The notes beneath the pieces were generated by a model, which was not told the DNA's origin, made no database searches, and was given only the letters and a program-made list of their open reading frames with translations. A stretch of 64,000 bases of DNA from a virus (Duplodnaviria; Caudoviricetes): the IMG/VR virus record IMGVR_UViG_2687453538_000001, positions 1 through 64,000 of that record; one strand, 5' to 3'. The stretch's first letter is position 1. Each line of letters opens with the position of its first letter. Of this stretch, positions 38,568-47,175 are shown piece by piece. The position numbers and the translations under genes are program-made.

Positions 38568-39862
38568 TTCGAATCCTCGCTAGTAACAAATTCGGGATGG
38601 GTGCTAGAGGCCTTGTCCCCTGCGGCCTGCCCCTGAATCTGTGGGATTTCGGATAAGGCCTCTGTAAGGCCATGAATGGCACCAAAGCCGATGCCGTCTA
38701 ACCAGGCGTGCCACTTCTCCAGGGCTACCCTGCGCTGCTGCATCGCTTGGGTGTGGATGTAGGTGCTGGCGATCTTGCCCAGTGAGTGGTTCAGCAGCAT
38801 CTCGCCGATGTGCCCGTCGATACCGAGGTCGGTCCATGTGCTGCGAGAGACTTTCCGCAGATCGTGGCTGGTCCACTCGCCCCGTCCCAGGTAGGTGAAT
38901 ACAGCGCTGGCCTGGCTCTCGCTCAGGCACCCGCCGCGACGACTTGGGAACAGGTACACGCCGTCGTACCCTTCGGCCTGCTGGATTGCCCGGTACCGGG
39001 TCAGAAGCGCACAGATCTGGTTGGTCAGCGGCAGCCGGTGCTCTGTACGGGTCTTGGCATTCGCTGCCGGGATGAACCACTCGCCAGCCGTGACCGACAC
39101 CTCGCTCCAGCGGGCCTTTCGGGTCTCGCCAATGCGGGTACCGTGCGCCAGCATCATCAGCGCAAGCATGGCCTTGGCTGGGGTTTCCTCGAAGACCTCG
39201 GCCAGCTGCTGCATCACATCAGCCAGGTGCACCGCTCGCAGACGGGCCGACTTCGGCAGGATCTTGGCCTTGGTGAAGTCGCTGAAGCGCATCCCGCCCA
39301 TGGGGTCAGACTCGATCAGTCCCAGGCGCTTGGCTTGCTTGAACGCGGTCAGCAGCAGCGCGAACATCTGGCGCAGGTAGGACAGCGACACATCAGCCTG
39401 GGCGGGCCACATCAGTTGCTTGTCCAGCGTATCGGCAGTCACGTCTGCCAAGGGCAGATCATCCAGGCGCGGCTTCAGGTGCTGAGCAATGGCGGATCGT
39501 GCGCCGGCCTTGCGCTTCACCGACAGCGAGCGGTCACGAGCCATCCGGTCGCCGTACCAGTCCAGCAGCTGACCCACGGAGGCCATACTCGACACCACCA
39601 GAGCGGTGGCCGGTTCGCGCAGCAGGCGCTGACGCAGTGCGGGCAGCTCAGTCAGCACCGTGGCGACGTTCAGCTCTGGCCAGCGGGCGACCGGCACCCA
39701 TTTCTTGCCGCGCACCAGGTGCCAGGTGGCGCGCTCGCGGTTGCTCCAGAAGCGCAGGTATAGGCCAGGGTGACGCGGGTCGCGCAGATCGCGCACGGAC
39801 ACGTCGGCGGCCTGGCGGCGCACCTCAGCCTCGCTGAACTTCACTTCGCGTGTTGCGCTCAT
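38564..39862 (-). CDS. Second tyrosine recombinase (nin region)
   Basis: GTRIGE, KT, SHDLRK, LLNH, TY catalytic set; N-terminal arm-binding-like domain. Confidence 0.9.
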   Translation of the reverse strand: MSATREVKFSEAEVRRQAADVSVRDLRDPRHPGLYLRFWSNRERATWHLVRGKKWVPVARWPELNVATVLTELPALRQRLLREPATALVVSSMASVGQLLDWYGDRMARDRSLSVKRKAGARSAIAQHLKPRLDDLPLADVTADTLDKQLMWPAQADVSLSYLRQMFALLLTAFKQAKRLGLIESDPMGGMRFSDFTKAKILPKSARLRAVHLADVMQQLAEVFEETPAKAMLALMMLAHGTRIGETRKARWSEVSVTAGEWFIPAANAKTRTEHRLPLTNQICALLTRYRAIQQAEGYDGVYLFPSRRGGCLSESQASAVFTYLGRGEWTSHDLRKVSRSTWTDLGIDGHIGEMLLNHSLGKIASTYIHTQAMQQRRVALEKWHAWLDGIGFGAIHGLTEALSEIPQIQGQAAGDKASSTHPEFVTSEDSK

Positions 39863-40287
39863 GCGGCCACCGTCGCGGGCTGGAGCAGGTAGGCGCGGAT
39901 CGCCTCGACGGCATCGATACTGCCCCGGCAGACGATCGCCAAGTATCCTTGGGCGGTCAGCGCCTGGATGTACGCATCCTGGCTGGGCGAAACCTCAGCA
40001 TCGAAGGGAGGCTTGGCCTTAAATTCGATGTACAGGCCGAAATAGCCGCCACGAGCCATTGGTAGCACCAGGTCGGGAACACCAGCCTTCACGCCCTGCC
40101 CCTTCAGCTTTGCGGCGACCAACTTGTGCCGGTGCCCACCGTTCGGGACGTGGTAGATCAGCTTGTAGGCCTGCGGGTAGCGCAGTTGCAGTTCCTGCAT
40201 GAGCGCGGCCTGCTCCTGCCCTTCCCTGTCGACGGGCTTGGCGCGGGCCGGCTTAGCCTTGAAAGGGCGAAGGACAGTGGCACTCAT
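39859..40287 (-). CDS. VRR-NUC domain nuclease
   Basis: HVPNGG..GVKAGVPDL..LYIEFK..SPSQ. Confidence 0.9.
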   Translation of the reverse strand: MSATVLRPFKAKPARAKPVDREGQEQAALMQELQLRYPQAYKLIYHVPNGGHRHKLVAAKLKGQGVKAGVPDLVLPMARGGYFGLYIEFKAKPPFDAEVSPSQDAYIQALTAQGYLAIVCRGSIDAVEAIRAYLLQPATVAA

Positions 40288-40580
40288 GCGACCACCACGG
40301 ACTCAGCCAGCAAAATCGACTGGGTGCGCATCACGCCCTCGGCGTGGTACTGACGAGCAATCTCGCGATCAATCGCCCGGCTTCGCCCATCGCAGGCATC
40401 GTGGCAGGCGCTGCAAGACCATGCACCCTGCAGGTCGTGCGGCTTCTTGCCCACTCCGCAGGTGCCAGCCAGGCGGTAGTGAGCCAGGACTGTGGTCTCA
40501 GGATTTCCGTTGCATACGCCCGGGATGCGCACTTGGCAATCCCGGCCGCGTGCGGCCTTGGTCAGTTTGGATTGACGCAC
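40284..40580 (-). CDS. DUF1364-family Zn-binding nuclease-like protein
   Basis: ARGRDCQVRIPGVCN.NPETTVLAH..CSACHD. Confidence 0.88.
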   Translation of the reverse strand: MRQSKLTKAARGRDCQVRIPGVCNGNPETTVLAHYRLAGTCGVGKKPHDLQGAWSCSACHDACDGRSRAIDREIARQYHAEGVMRTQSILLAESVVVA

Positions 40581-40582
40581 GT

Positions 40583-41395
40583 TCAGGACTCCTTCTCGCC
40601 GCGGTGCGATTCCCACTCGAAGAGCACAATCACCCCTCCGCCCTCGCGCAGGCGGTCGTAGCAGCGTTCGCCCATGGCATGGCGCAGTTGGTGCCGGTCG
40701 AGGTTGGAAATCACCACCGTGGGGCGCATCTGCTCATAGCGCCCGTTGATGATCGAAAACAGGGTGGTCAGCTCGAATTCACTCGGCTGTTCCTTACTCG
40801 CGCCGACCTCGTCCAGCACCAGCAGCGATGGCTCGATAAGGCTGGACAGGATGTCGGCCTCGGACTGTTCGCTGTGGCGGTCGTAAGTGGCGCGGATGGA
40901 CTGCAGGATCGCGCCCACTGTGCGATACACAGCCGTCGCCGACGTGTTGCGCATCAGCTCGTTGGCCATACCGACCCCCAGATGGGTCTTGCCGGTACCG
41001 ACATTGCCCAGCAGCATCAGGCAACGCCCGGTACGCTCGATCTCCTCGAACGCGGCCACGTAGCGCGTGCAGTAGGCCAGGGCCTTGCGCTGGCCTTCCT
41101 GCTCGACGCGGTAGTTGGCCAGGGTGCGCTCGGCGAAGCGCTTCGGGATCAGCGCTGAACCCAGCTTGCGGGTCATGGCCTCGCGCTTCAGGCGGGTTTC
41201 CTCCGCCTGCTGCTTGGCCTGCCGCTCGGCAATGGCGACCTTTTCGCACTCAGGGCAGCGGCCAACAATCTCGCGCCCCATCAGCATGGTCACCCGCTGT
41301 TCGAAGTCGCCGTGATGCTCGCAGTGCGCAGGCTGGACGCGGAAGCCGGCTGCGTTTCGCACCTCGGACATGGTGATCACCGATTCAGATCTCAT
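40583..41395 (-). CDS. DnaC/IstB-like helicase loader ATPase
   Basis: GNVGTGKTHL, LLVLDEVG, PTVVISNL, DRL. Confidence 0.92.
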   Translation of the reverse strand: MRSESVITMSEVRNAAGFRVQPAHCEHHGDFEQRVTMLMGREIVGRCPECEKVAIAERQAKQQAEETRLKREAMTRKLGSALIPKRFAERTLANYRVEQEGQRKALAYCTRYVAAFEEIERTGRCLMLLGNVGTGKTHLGVGMANELMRNTSATAVYRTVGAILQSIRATYDRHSEQSEADILSSLIEPSLLVLDEVGASKEQPSEFELTTLFSIINGRYEQMRPTVVISNLDRHQLRHAMGERCYDRLREGGGVIVLFEWESHRGEKES

Positions 41396-42242
41396 AGGTA
41401 CCGTCCTCGCGCTCGGTAAGGCCGTCGGTGTAGTCGCGGTCACTGAAACCGTGGTGGCGGCTATTGGGGTTGGATTTGGCAGGCAGCTGGGCGGCGAGAC
41501 GCTTGATCACCCAGTCCACCTCGAACCCGCGCCAGCCGTTCTCGACAGCAACCTCTAGGGCCTGAGCGGGCTGGATGCCGAACGCCTTGCACTGCTCTAG
41601 CTTGGCGTTCAGGCCGGACCAGATCCGGGCAGTCACCGGGGCTTTTGCGGCCTTGCGGACAGTCAGGTAGTCAGCGATCAGGGACTCATCCAGGCCGTGC
41701 GGGTTGTCGGCCAGCATGGCGGCCTTCCCGAATGGCGCCTTGCGGTCAGCCTTGGCCGGAGTCGGCTGCTCATCGCTGGGGGGGCATGTATTTTCTTTCG
41801 AAGAAAGAAATACATAGGGGGTTAAATTCTTAGAATAAAGAAGGGACTCGGCGGTTTTGGTCTGTTTCGGCTCTTCTCCGATTCGGACCACTTGAGCCGA
41901 CTCGGCTGTTTTGGTCTGTTTCGGCTCGGTGACGTAGACCCAGTCTTTCGGGTCATTCACGCCGATATCACCCCTGGCACCACCCTCGCGGAACAACACA
42001 CGGCGGCGCAGCAGACTGGAGATCGCCTTGGATACGGAATCAGGGTGGGCGTTGATGGCTTTTGCGATGTCGGTCGCCGGGATGCGCTGGGCGCCCGCGC
42101 CGAAGTTGATGGTGGCCTTGGCCACGTACAGCACAATCTTCATCTCCCTGGCCGGAAGATCGATAGCCAACAGGCCATCCATGAGCTGGTTGTCCATCCG
42201 GGTGAACCCCCTGGACTTGTCAATTTGAACGATGTTTGTCAT
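41385..42242 (-). CDS. Replication initiator, lambda O-like
   Basis: GFTRMDNQL N-terminus; internal iterons. Confidence 0.9.
   Translation of the reverse strand: MTNIVQIDKSRGFTRMDNQLMDGLLAIDLPAREMKIVLYVAKATINFGAGAQRIPATDIAKAINAHPDSVSKAISSLLRRRVLFREGGARGDIGVNDPKDWVYVTEPKQTKTAESAQVVRIGEEPKQTKTAESLLYSKNLTPYVFLSSKENTCPPSDEQPTPAKADRKAPFGKAAMLADNPHGLDESLIADYLTVRKAAKAPVTARIWSGLNAKLEQCKAFGIQPAQALEVAVENGWRGFEVDWVIKRLAAQLPAKSNPNSRHHGFSDRDYTDGLTEREDGTYEI
41787..41927. repeat. Putative origin: iterons and AT-rich tract inside O
   Basis: GACTCGGC(G/T)GTTTTGGTCTGTTTCGGCTC at 41845-41873 and 41899-41927, next to AT-rich 41787-41842. Confidence 0.75.
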
Positions 42243-42314
42243 GCTCTGATCTCGTTTGAAGCTGTAGAGAAAGCCGCCCTGCCAGGCGGTTTTTTTTCGC
42301 CTACTGTTCAGCCA

Positions 42315-42330
42315 CTGGATGCATGAACAG
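42315..42330. promoter_or_regulatory. LexA-like box between cro and O
   Basis: CTGGATGCATGAACAG (CTG-N10-CAG). Confidence 0.5.
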
Positions 42331-42362
42331 CGGGGCGGACTCACTACTGGCGCAAGGCCGGG

Positions 42363-42587
42363 TCACGCATAATTCTTTTCGTCAGATGCTGGCCGTTGCA
42401 GCACAGGACGACTCGGAAACGGACGTACTTCCTCCCCCGTCAACGTCCCGTCGTCGTTCTGGATCACAAAGATCACCCGACCAGCCTTCATCGCCTTTGC
42501 GATGGCTGGTGCGCTAACGTCAAGCCCCTTGGCGACGGCGGTCTGGCCGATTCGCTCAACAAGCTCAGGCAGCAGTGTTCGGTTCAT
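42363..42587 (-). CDS. cro: Cro-like repressor
   Basis: GQTAVAKGLDVSAPAIAKA HTH; EVRPFPS; divergent from cI. Confidence 0.88.
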   Translation of the reverse strand: MNRTLLPELVERIGQTAVAKGLDVSAPAIAKAMKAGRVIFVIQNDDGTLTGEEVRPFPSRPVLQRPASDEKNYA

Positions 42588-42619
42588 GGCATTGCCTCAG
42601 TGAAGAATGCTCACGATAT

Positions 42620-42681
42620 TAACCGCCGGTTAGCATTTCTTCAACACCGGCGGTTGAGGCAGTCAAATTAACCTCCGGTTA
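42620..42681. promoter_or_regulatory. OR operators (three sites)
   Basis: TAACCGCCGGTTA 42620-42632, ACACCGGCGGTTG 42644-42656, TAACCTCCGGTTA 42669-42681. Confidence 0.8.
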
Positions 42682-42691
42682 AATTCCGCGA

Positions 42692-43579
42692 ATGACGAAA
42701 AAGAAAGATCTATCCCCAGAACTGAAGGCCGAGTGTGAGGCAGCGAAAAGGCTGTTCACCCAGAAAAAAAACGCACTTGGCCTGACACAGGCAAAGGTGG
42801 CTGAGGCTGCCGACATTTCGCCCGCAGGTGTAGCCATGTACTTGAATGGCACAAACCCCCTGAATGCGAAGTTTGCCGTCGTGCTGTCCAGGCTCCTTCA
42901 AGAGCCCGTGGACCGGTTCAGCCCCCGGCTAGCTGCTGAGCTTTCACAGATGCAGGGTGCCCAAGTGAAAAGCGCTGACGGCTTAAGGAGCACGGCCGCT
43001 GAGAAAGTGCTGGAGATGCTACGTAAGCACGGCGGAAAATCGCTGGATGCGACGGCTCAGGACAAGATTGCCAAGGCGGTAGCTGACAGTCTTTCCGAAG
43101 CATCAGCGCCGTCAACCGGCGCCGCACAGGCCGCTATCATGGTCATGGCAGGCCATGGAGATATCTCCATCCCGCAATACGATATCCGCGCGGCAATGGG
43201 CCATGGCCAGGTGCCAGCCGAGTACAGCGAAGTCATCCGCAACGTGGTGATTCGCGAAGAAGTACTGCGCGAGAAAGGCGTGACCTACACCGCCGCCCAG
43301 GCCTTGGCGATGATCACCGGCTGGGGTCAGAGCATGGAAGGGACGATCAATGACAAGGATCCTGTAATCGTTGATCGCGGAGTTAATGACTACCAAGGTG
43401 AAGGCGTTTATGTGCTCACTTGGCACGGGGATCTTCTCATAAAGCGCGTCCAGCGGATGGATGGGGATCACGTTTGGCTGATATCTGACAACAAAAATTA
43501 CGAAAAGCAGTCAGCTCGCATCGAAGACGTAACAATACACGCAAAAGTGCTGCTAGTTTGGAATGCAAGAAAAATCTAG
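42692..43579 (+). CDS. cI: CI-like repressor (HTH + S24 peptidase)
   Basis: LGLTQAKVA HTH; GQSMEGTI and LLIKR catalytic Ser/Lys. Confidence 0.93.
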   Translation: MTKKKDLSPELKAECEAAKRLFTQKKNALGLTQAKVAEAADISPAGVAMYLNGTNPLNAKFAVVLSRLLQEPVDRFSPRLAAELSQMQGAQVKSADGLRSTAAEKVLEMLRKHGGKSLDATAQDKIAKAVADSLSEASAPSTGAAQAAIMVMAGHGDISIPQYDIRAAMGHGQVPAEYSEVIRNVVIREEVLREKGVTYTAAQALAMITGWGQSMEGTINDKDPVIVDRGVNDYQGEGVYVLTWHGDLLIKRVQRMDGDHVWLISDNKNYEKQSARIEDVTIHAKVLLVWNARKI

Positions 43580-43603
43580 AGATTAGCCGATAGTTAGGAT
43601 GCC

Positions 43604-44680
43604 ATGGATAAATTCATTTTTGAGGGACTCTCAATAGAGAGGATGATTGCGCATACAATCTTTCCCCGAACCAAGGAAGGCGTGCTGGTGCCGCCCCAAC
43701 TTTCTGAGGAATTAATCGATCTAGATGTCGATTCTAAAGACTTGCTCCAGGTGCGCATCACCGATGCACTAGGGAGCAACTCGCACGGGATCGAGATCAA
43801 CGCAGAAAAGACTGATGCGTCCTCCTTCATGCAAAAATCTGCAGAAGCTCTAAGGGCCGAAAAAGCACGCTTCATTGAGCTTTCGAGAGTAATCGCAGAG
43901 GATTTGGCGGATGCACAGACCAATCCGAAATGGCCGGGTGGCGTCCTAATTGTCCTGTCCGGGCGTGTTGGCAATAACCAACACCCCTTCCTTGCGGCGA
44001 TTAAGGCAGAAACCGACAAAGGCTTTAATATCGTTGAAAGAAACGGCTCCGTCAGCTTAACCCTAATAAAAAAGATGTTGCTATCTCAAACTCAGCGTCT
44101 TTACAAGATAGGGGTCAGCGTCGAGATTTCCTATACTGCTCCGGTAGCAAGCATTTATCAGCCCGAAAACTACAGGTTTTTCCTGTTCGACCACCTGCTA
44201 ACGACAACCGAAACGAAAGCAGCTGCAGCGTATTTCTACAACGCCTTCCTTGGCATGAACATCCTCAAATCTTCTAAGTTCCAGACTAGGAAATTCTACG
44301 AAGAAACAAAAACCTATATTTCAGGTTTAGCTCTGGAGCAACCGGAGAAGAGTGAGCTGCTCGAGGCATTGCGTTCCGAGCTTAGAAGCAACAAAGGAAC
44401 CATGTCCGTACCAGCTTTCGCCGAGGAACACTTGCCAGCTGATTCAAGACAGCATTACATCGACACCATGGCTGCAAAAGGGCTTCCGGATACAGCCATG
44501 GTCAAGGATCTTGCATACATCAAAGCTAAACTGCGAAGACCCCGCCGAGTAGATTTCAGCACGGGTGTAAAAATACAGGTACCCGCTGATTTGAATTTCC
44601 AAGATCATGTGCAGACCTTGCGGCAGGAAGGCGGATATACAGACGTCCGCATCAAAGGCGTAGTTGAGAGTCGAGAGTAA
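43604..44680 (+). CDS. Nucleoid-associated protein (YejK/NA37-like)
   Basis: 358 aa; IERMIAH, PGGVLIV, AAIKAE, RLYKIG, AYFYNAFLG, QTRKFY pattern. Confidence 0.72.
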   Translation: MDKFIFEGLSIERMIAHTIFPRTKEGVLVPPQLSEELIDLDVDSKDLLQVRITDALGSNSHGIEINAEKTDASSFMQKSAEALRAEKARFIELSRVIAEDLADAQTNPKWPGGVLIVLSGRVGNNQHPFLAAIKAETDKGFNIVERNGSVSLTLIKKMLLSQTQRLYKIGVSVEISYTAPVASIYQPENYRFFLFDHLLTTTETKAAAAYFYNAFLGMNILKSSKFQTRKFYEETKTYISGLALEQPEKSELLEALRSELRSNKGTMSVPAFAEEHLPADSRQHYIDTMAAKGLPDTAMVKDLAYIKAKLRRPRRVDFSTGVKIQVPADLNFQDHVQTLRQEGGYTDVRIKGVVESRE

Positions 44681-45645
44681 TGAATATTGAGCAGTTCAAA
44701 GACTATCTTCTGGCTGCTCAGCCCAGCCTTAATTTGTGGGGAAGTTTTGTAGAAAAAAACGTCAAGAAAATATCTAAAACCAATAGCATAAATCTCCAGA
44801 TACTTTCATCTAGAGTCAAAGAAATTGATTCAGCAATAGGCAAACTGACTCGAAAATCGTATAACAACCCCCTGAAAGACATGACCGACCTAGTTGGTGT
44901 CCGAGCTGTTTGCCTCTTGTCGCCCGATGTAGAAAAACTATGCCAAGCAATGATGCTACCCGTTTGGGACATACAGAAATCAAGAGACACCTCAAAAGAG
45001 TATGAGGACGCACCGGATAAATTTGGATATCAGTCCCATCATTTCGAGATACGCCCCAAATGCGATATACAAATCGCAGGCACTACGATCACTCCCGACA
45101 TATGTTGTGAGTTACAGATCAGAACATTGATGCAGCACGCCTATGCTGAGGTGGTTCACGATAGTATTTATAAAAGCTCTTGGAAAGTGCCTAGCCGCGC
45201 GGTAAGATTCGTATCCAGCAGTGCTGCATTAATCGAAACGGCGGACCACCTTTTTTGTGAAACCATGAACATTTTAGAGTCAGAATCGAAAGTCCGAGGC
45301 GAGCTGCTTGAGGAGCTCACGGACATCTACGATTCCAAGGTGGGGATTTCTAAGTTTAAAGATCAGAAATTTAACATGCTTGTTCTTGATCAGTTATCCG
45401 GCGTTATCCACCAAGACACACCGGATAAAATTCGCCACCTTCTAAATGAGCGCAGCTTCATTCAAGAAAGGGTGAAGTCCCGTCTAGACTCCAATGCATT
45501 TTGGTCTCAGCCAGTATCGATACTTGCATACCTCTTAGCTGTCGAGCACCCCTCTTCACTTAAAGAGCTCTGGCCCTATGCAGAGTCAGAAGACTCACTT
45601 GAACTCATCTATAGCGACTTAGGTAAAAAGTACCATAGCCATTAA
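44680..45645 (+). CDS. RelA/SpoT-domain small alarmone synthetase
   Basis: RVKEIDSAIGK, DLVGVR, GYQSHH, ELQIRTLMQHAYAEVVHDSIYK. Confidence 0.92.
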   Translation: MNIEQFKDYLLAAQPSLNLWGSFVEKNVKKISKTNSINLQILSSRVKEIDSAIGKLTRKSYNNPLKDMTDLVGVRAVCLLSPDVEKLCQAMMLPVWDIQKSRDTSKEYEDAPDKFGYQSHHFEIRPKCDIQIAGTTITPDICCELQIRTLMQHAYAEVVHDSIYKSSWKVPSRAVRFVSSSAALIETADHLFCETMNILESESKVRGELLEELTDIYDSKVGISKFKDQKFNMLVLDQLSGVIHQDTPDKIRHLLNERSFIQERVKSRLDSNAFWSQPVSILAYLLAVEHPSSLKELWPYAESEDSLELIYSDLGKKYHSH

Positions 45646-45659
45646 TTAGCGCACGCCAC

Positions 45660-45989
45660 TCAGAAAGGCGCCTTCTCCTCTTCATGACGGACCAGGTCAA
45701 GGTCCACTTCCCTCTCGATCACCCGATCGTCATCCGTAGCAGCATCCCACTGCAGAATCACCGACCCGTCATCACAGAACGTCATGTCCAGGCCGTCAGT
45801 TTCCGAAAGCAGCTCCATGATTCGTACCCAGTCCTGATCGCTATCCGTATCCAGTTGATGAATCAGAACCTTCCTTCCGAACTGGGCCAGCGGCGAATTG
45901 ATCATTGCTGAGATCCTCAGCCCCAGCTTTTCCAATCCCGTCAGCGCCTCGCCAGGCGCCGACATCGCTAATCCTTGTGCCGATCCCAT
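45660..45989 (-). CDS. DUF1654-like protein
   Basis: EKLGLRISAMINSP.AQ..DW; LexA box upstream. Confidence 0.8.
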   Translation of the reverse strand: MGSAQGLAMSAPGEALTGLEKLGLRISAMINSPLAQFGRKVLIHQLDTDSDQDWVRIMELLSETDGLDMTFCDDGSVILQWDAATDDDRVIEREVDLDLVRHEEEKAPF

Positions 45990-46005
45990 TTTCATACCTC
46001 CTATA

Positions 46006-46021
46006 CTGTATATCCGTACAG
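46006..46021. promoter_or_regulatory. LexA (SOS) box
   Basis: CTGTATATCCGTACAG. Confidence 0.85.
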
Positions 46022-46059
46022 ATTCAGGCAATCTTAGCGCGCCTTTTCAGAAAAATAAT

Positions 46060-46100
46060 TAACCGGCGGTATTGACGTAATGGTTACCGGCGGTTAATTT
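46060..46100 (+). promoter_or_regulatory. pL-equivalent promoter with two OL operators
   Basis: TTGACG-17-TAATTT; operators TAACCGGCGGTAT 46060-46072 and TTACCGGCGGTTA 46084-46096 match OR. Confidence 0.82.
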
Positions 46101-46355
46101 TGCTGCCAGCCGGATAGATACTGGCCGCAGCAAAGGCAGCGATGGACAGGCCTCAACAGTCCAGAGGGGTGGCAACTGCCCCGGGTGTGCAGGGTAAAGC
46201 ACCGAGATCAGTTATCCGGCGGGAAGGTCCGCGGTCGGAGTCAACAACCAGAAGAGTGCCGCGCAACCGACTCCAGTAGAGGGCCGCGGCTGAAGGTTTC
46301 ACTGGCTGGCCTTCGAGGTAGAGGGCCAGACGGGAAATCAGCCGGAGAAAACACC

Positions 46356-47030
46356 ATGGCCGTAAACATCAGCAAATTAACCATCACGACTCCCGTAGCC
46401 ACTTCCTCAACCAACCATGTTGCACTTGAGCTAAGCGGAGCAGAAGCGATCGCGCAGTTCCCGGAAATTGTTACTGCCTTGCCCGATGGCTCTATTCGCT
46501 TCACTGCGCCGACTAAAGGCGCCTCGAGCAAAAGCACACGTCGCACTCGTTGTGAGTGGTCTGAGGCCACCAACTGGACCCTGGCCAGCGCGGCAAATCA
46601 CCGAAATCACCAGCAGATGGCGCTTACCAAGGTCAACTTTGCTCAGAAGGTCGTGATCTCGCAGATGCATGTTAGAGGCGATGACAGCCCACCGGTGAAG
46701 GTGTTCTGGAACAAGGGCAACATCACGATGGGCTTTCGCACCACCTACAACCAAGCCACCCCGGTGAACACCACCGTACTCAAGGGTGTGCCGCTCGGGG
46801 CAAAGTTCACCGTTGCCATCGACGTTACGACACATGGCCTGGTGACTGTTTCAGCCCAGTGCAACGGTGTGTCCGGTTCTTCAGGAACCCTGCAGCTCGA
46901 CGACACCTGGGACTCTCGCCTGTTCGAGTTCCATGGCGGCGTCTACAACCAGGTCGATTACACCGACTCGACTCCCGCCGCGGATGGCTCGATCTGCGTC
47001 ATCAGCAGTCTCTCGCTGACCCATAGCTGA
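46356..47030 (+). CDS. Polysaccharide lyase family 7 (alginate lyase-like)
   Basis: RTRCEW, VISQMH, EFHGGVYNQ correspond to PL7 RxELR, QIH, YFKAGxYxQ. Confidence 0.8.
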   Translation: MAVNISKLTITTPVATSSTNHVALELSGAEAIAQFPEIVTALPDGSIRFTAPTKGASSKSTRRTRCEWSEATNWTLASAANHRNHQQMALTKVNFAQKVVISQMHVRGDDSPPVKVFWNKGNITMGFRTTYNQATPVNTTVLKGVPLGAKFTVAIDVTTHGLVTVSAQCNGVSGSSGTLQLDDTWDSRLFEFHGGVYNQVDYTDSTPAADGSICVISSLSLTHS

Positions 47031-47175
47031 CCAAGACAGCCGGAAAGACGGCCCGATCCACCTGGTCCCCCATCACCAGGCTGCATCGGAGAGCCTTCCC
47101 GACCCTACATCGAGCATGTTCAGGGAGACAGGCGGGATCGGCTCTCCAATGCAGCCCCAACGGAAGTGAATTGCA

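Noticed and set aside
41845-41927. 29-bp direct repeat as CRISPR array or DGR
   Set aside because: Two copies inside the O gene, consistent with iterons; no cas or reverse transcriptase gene in the window.
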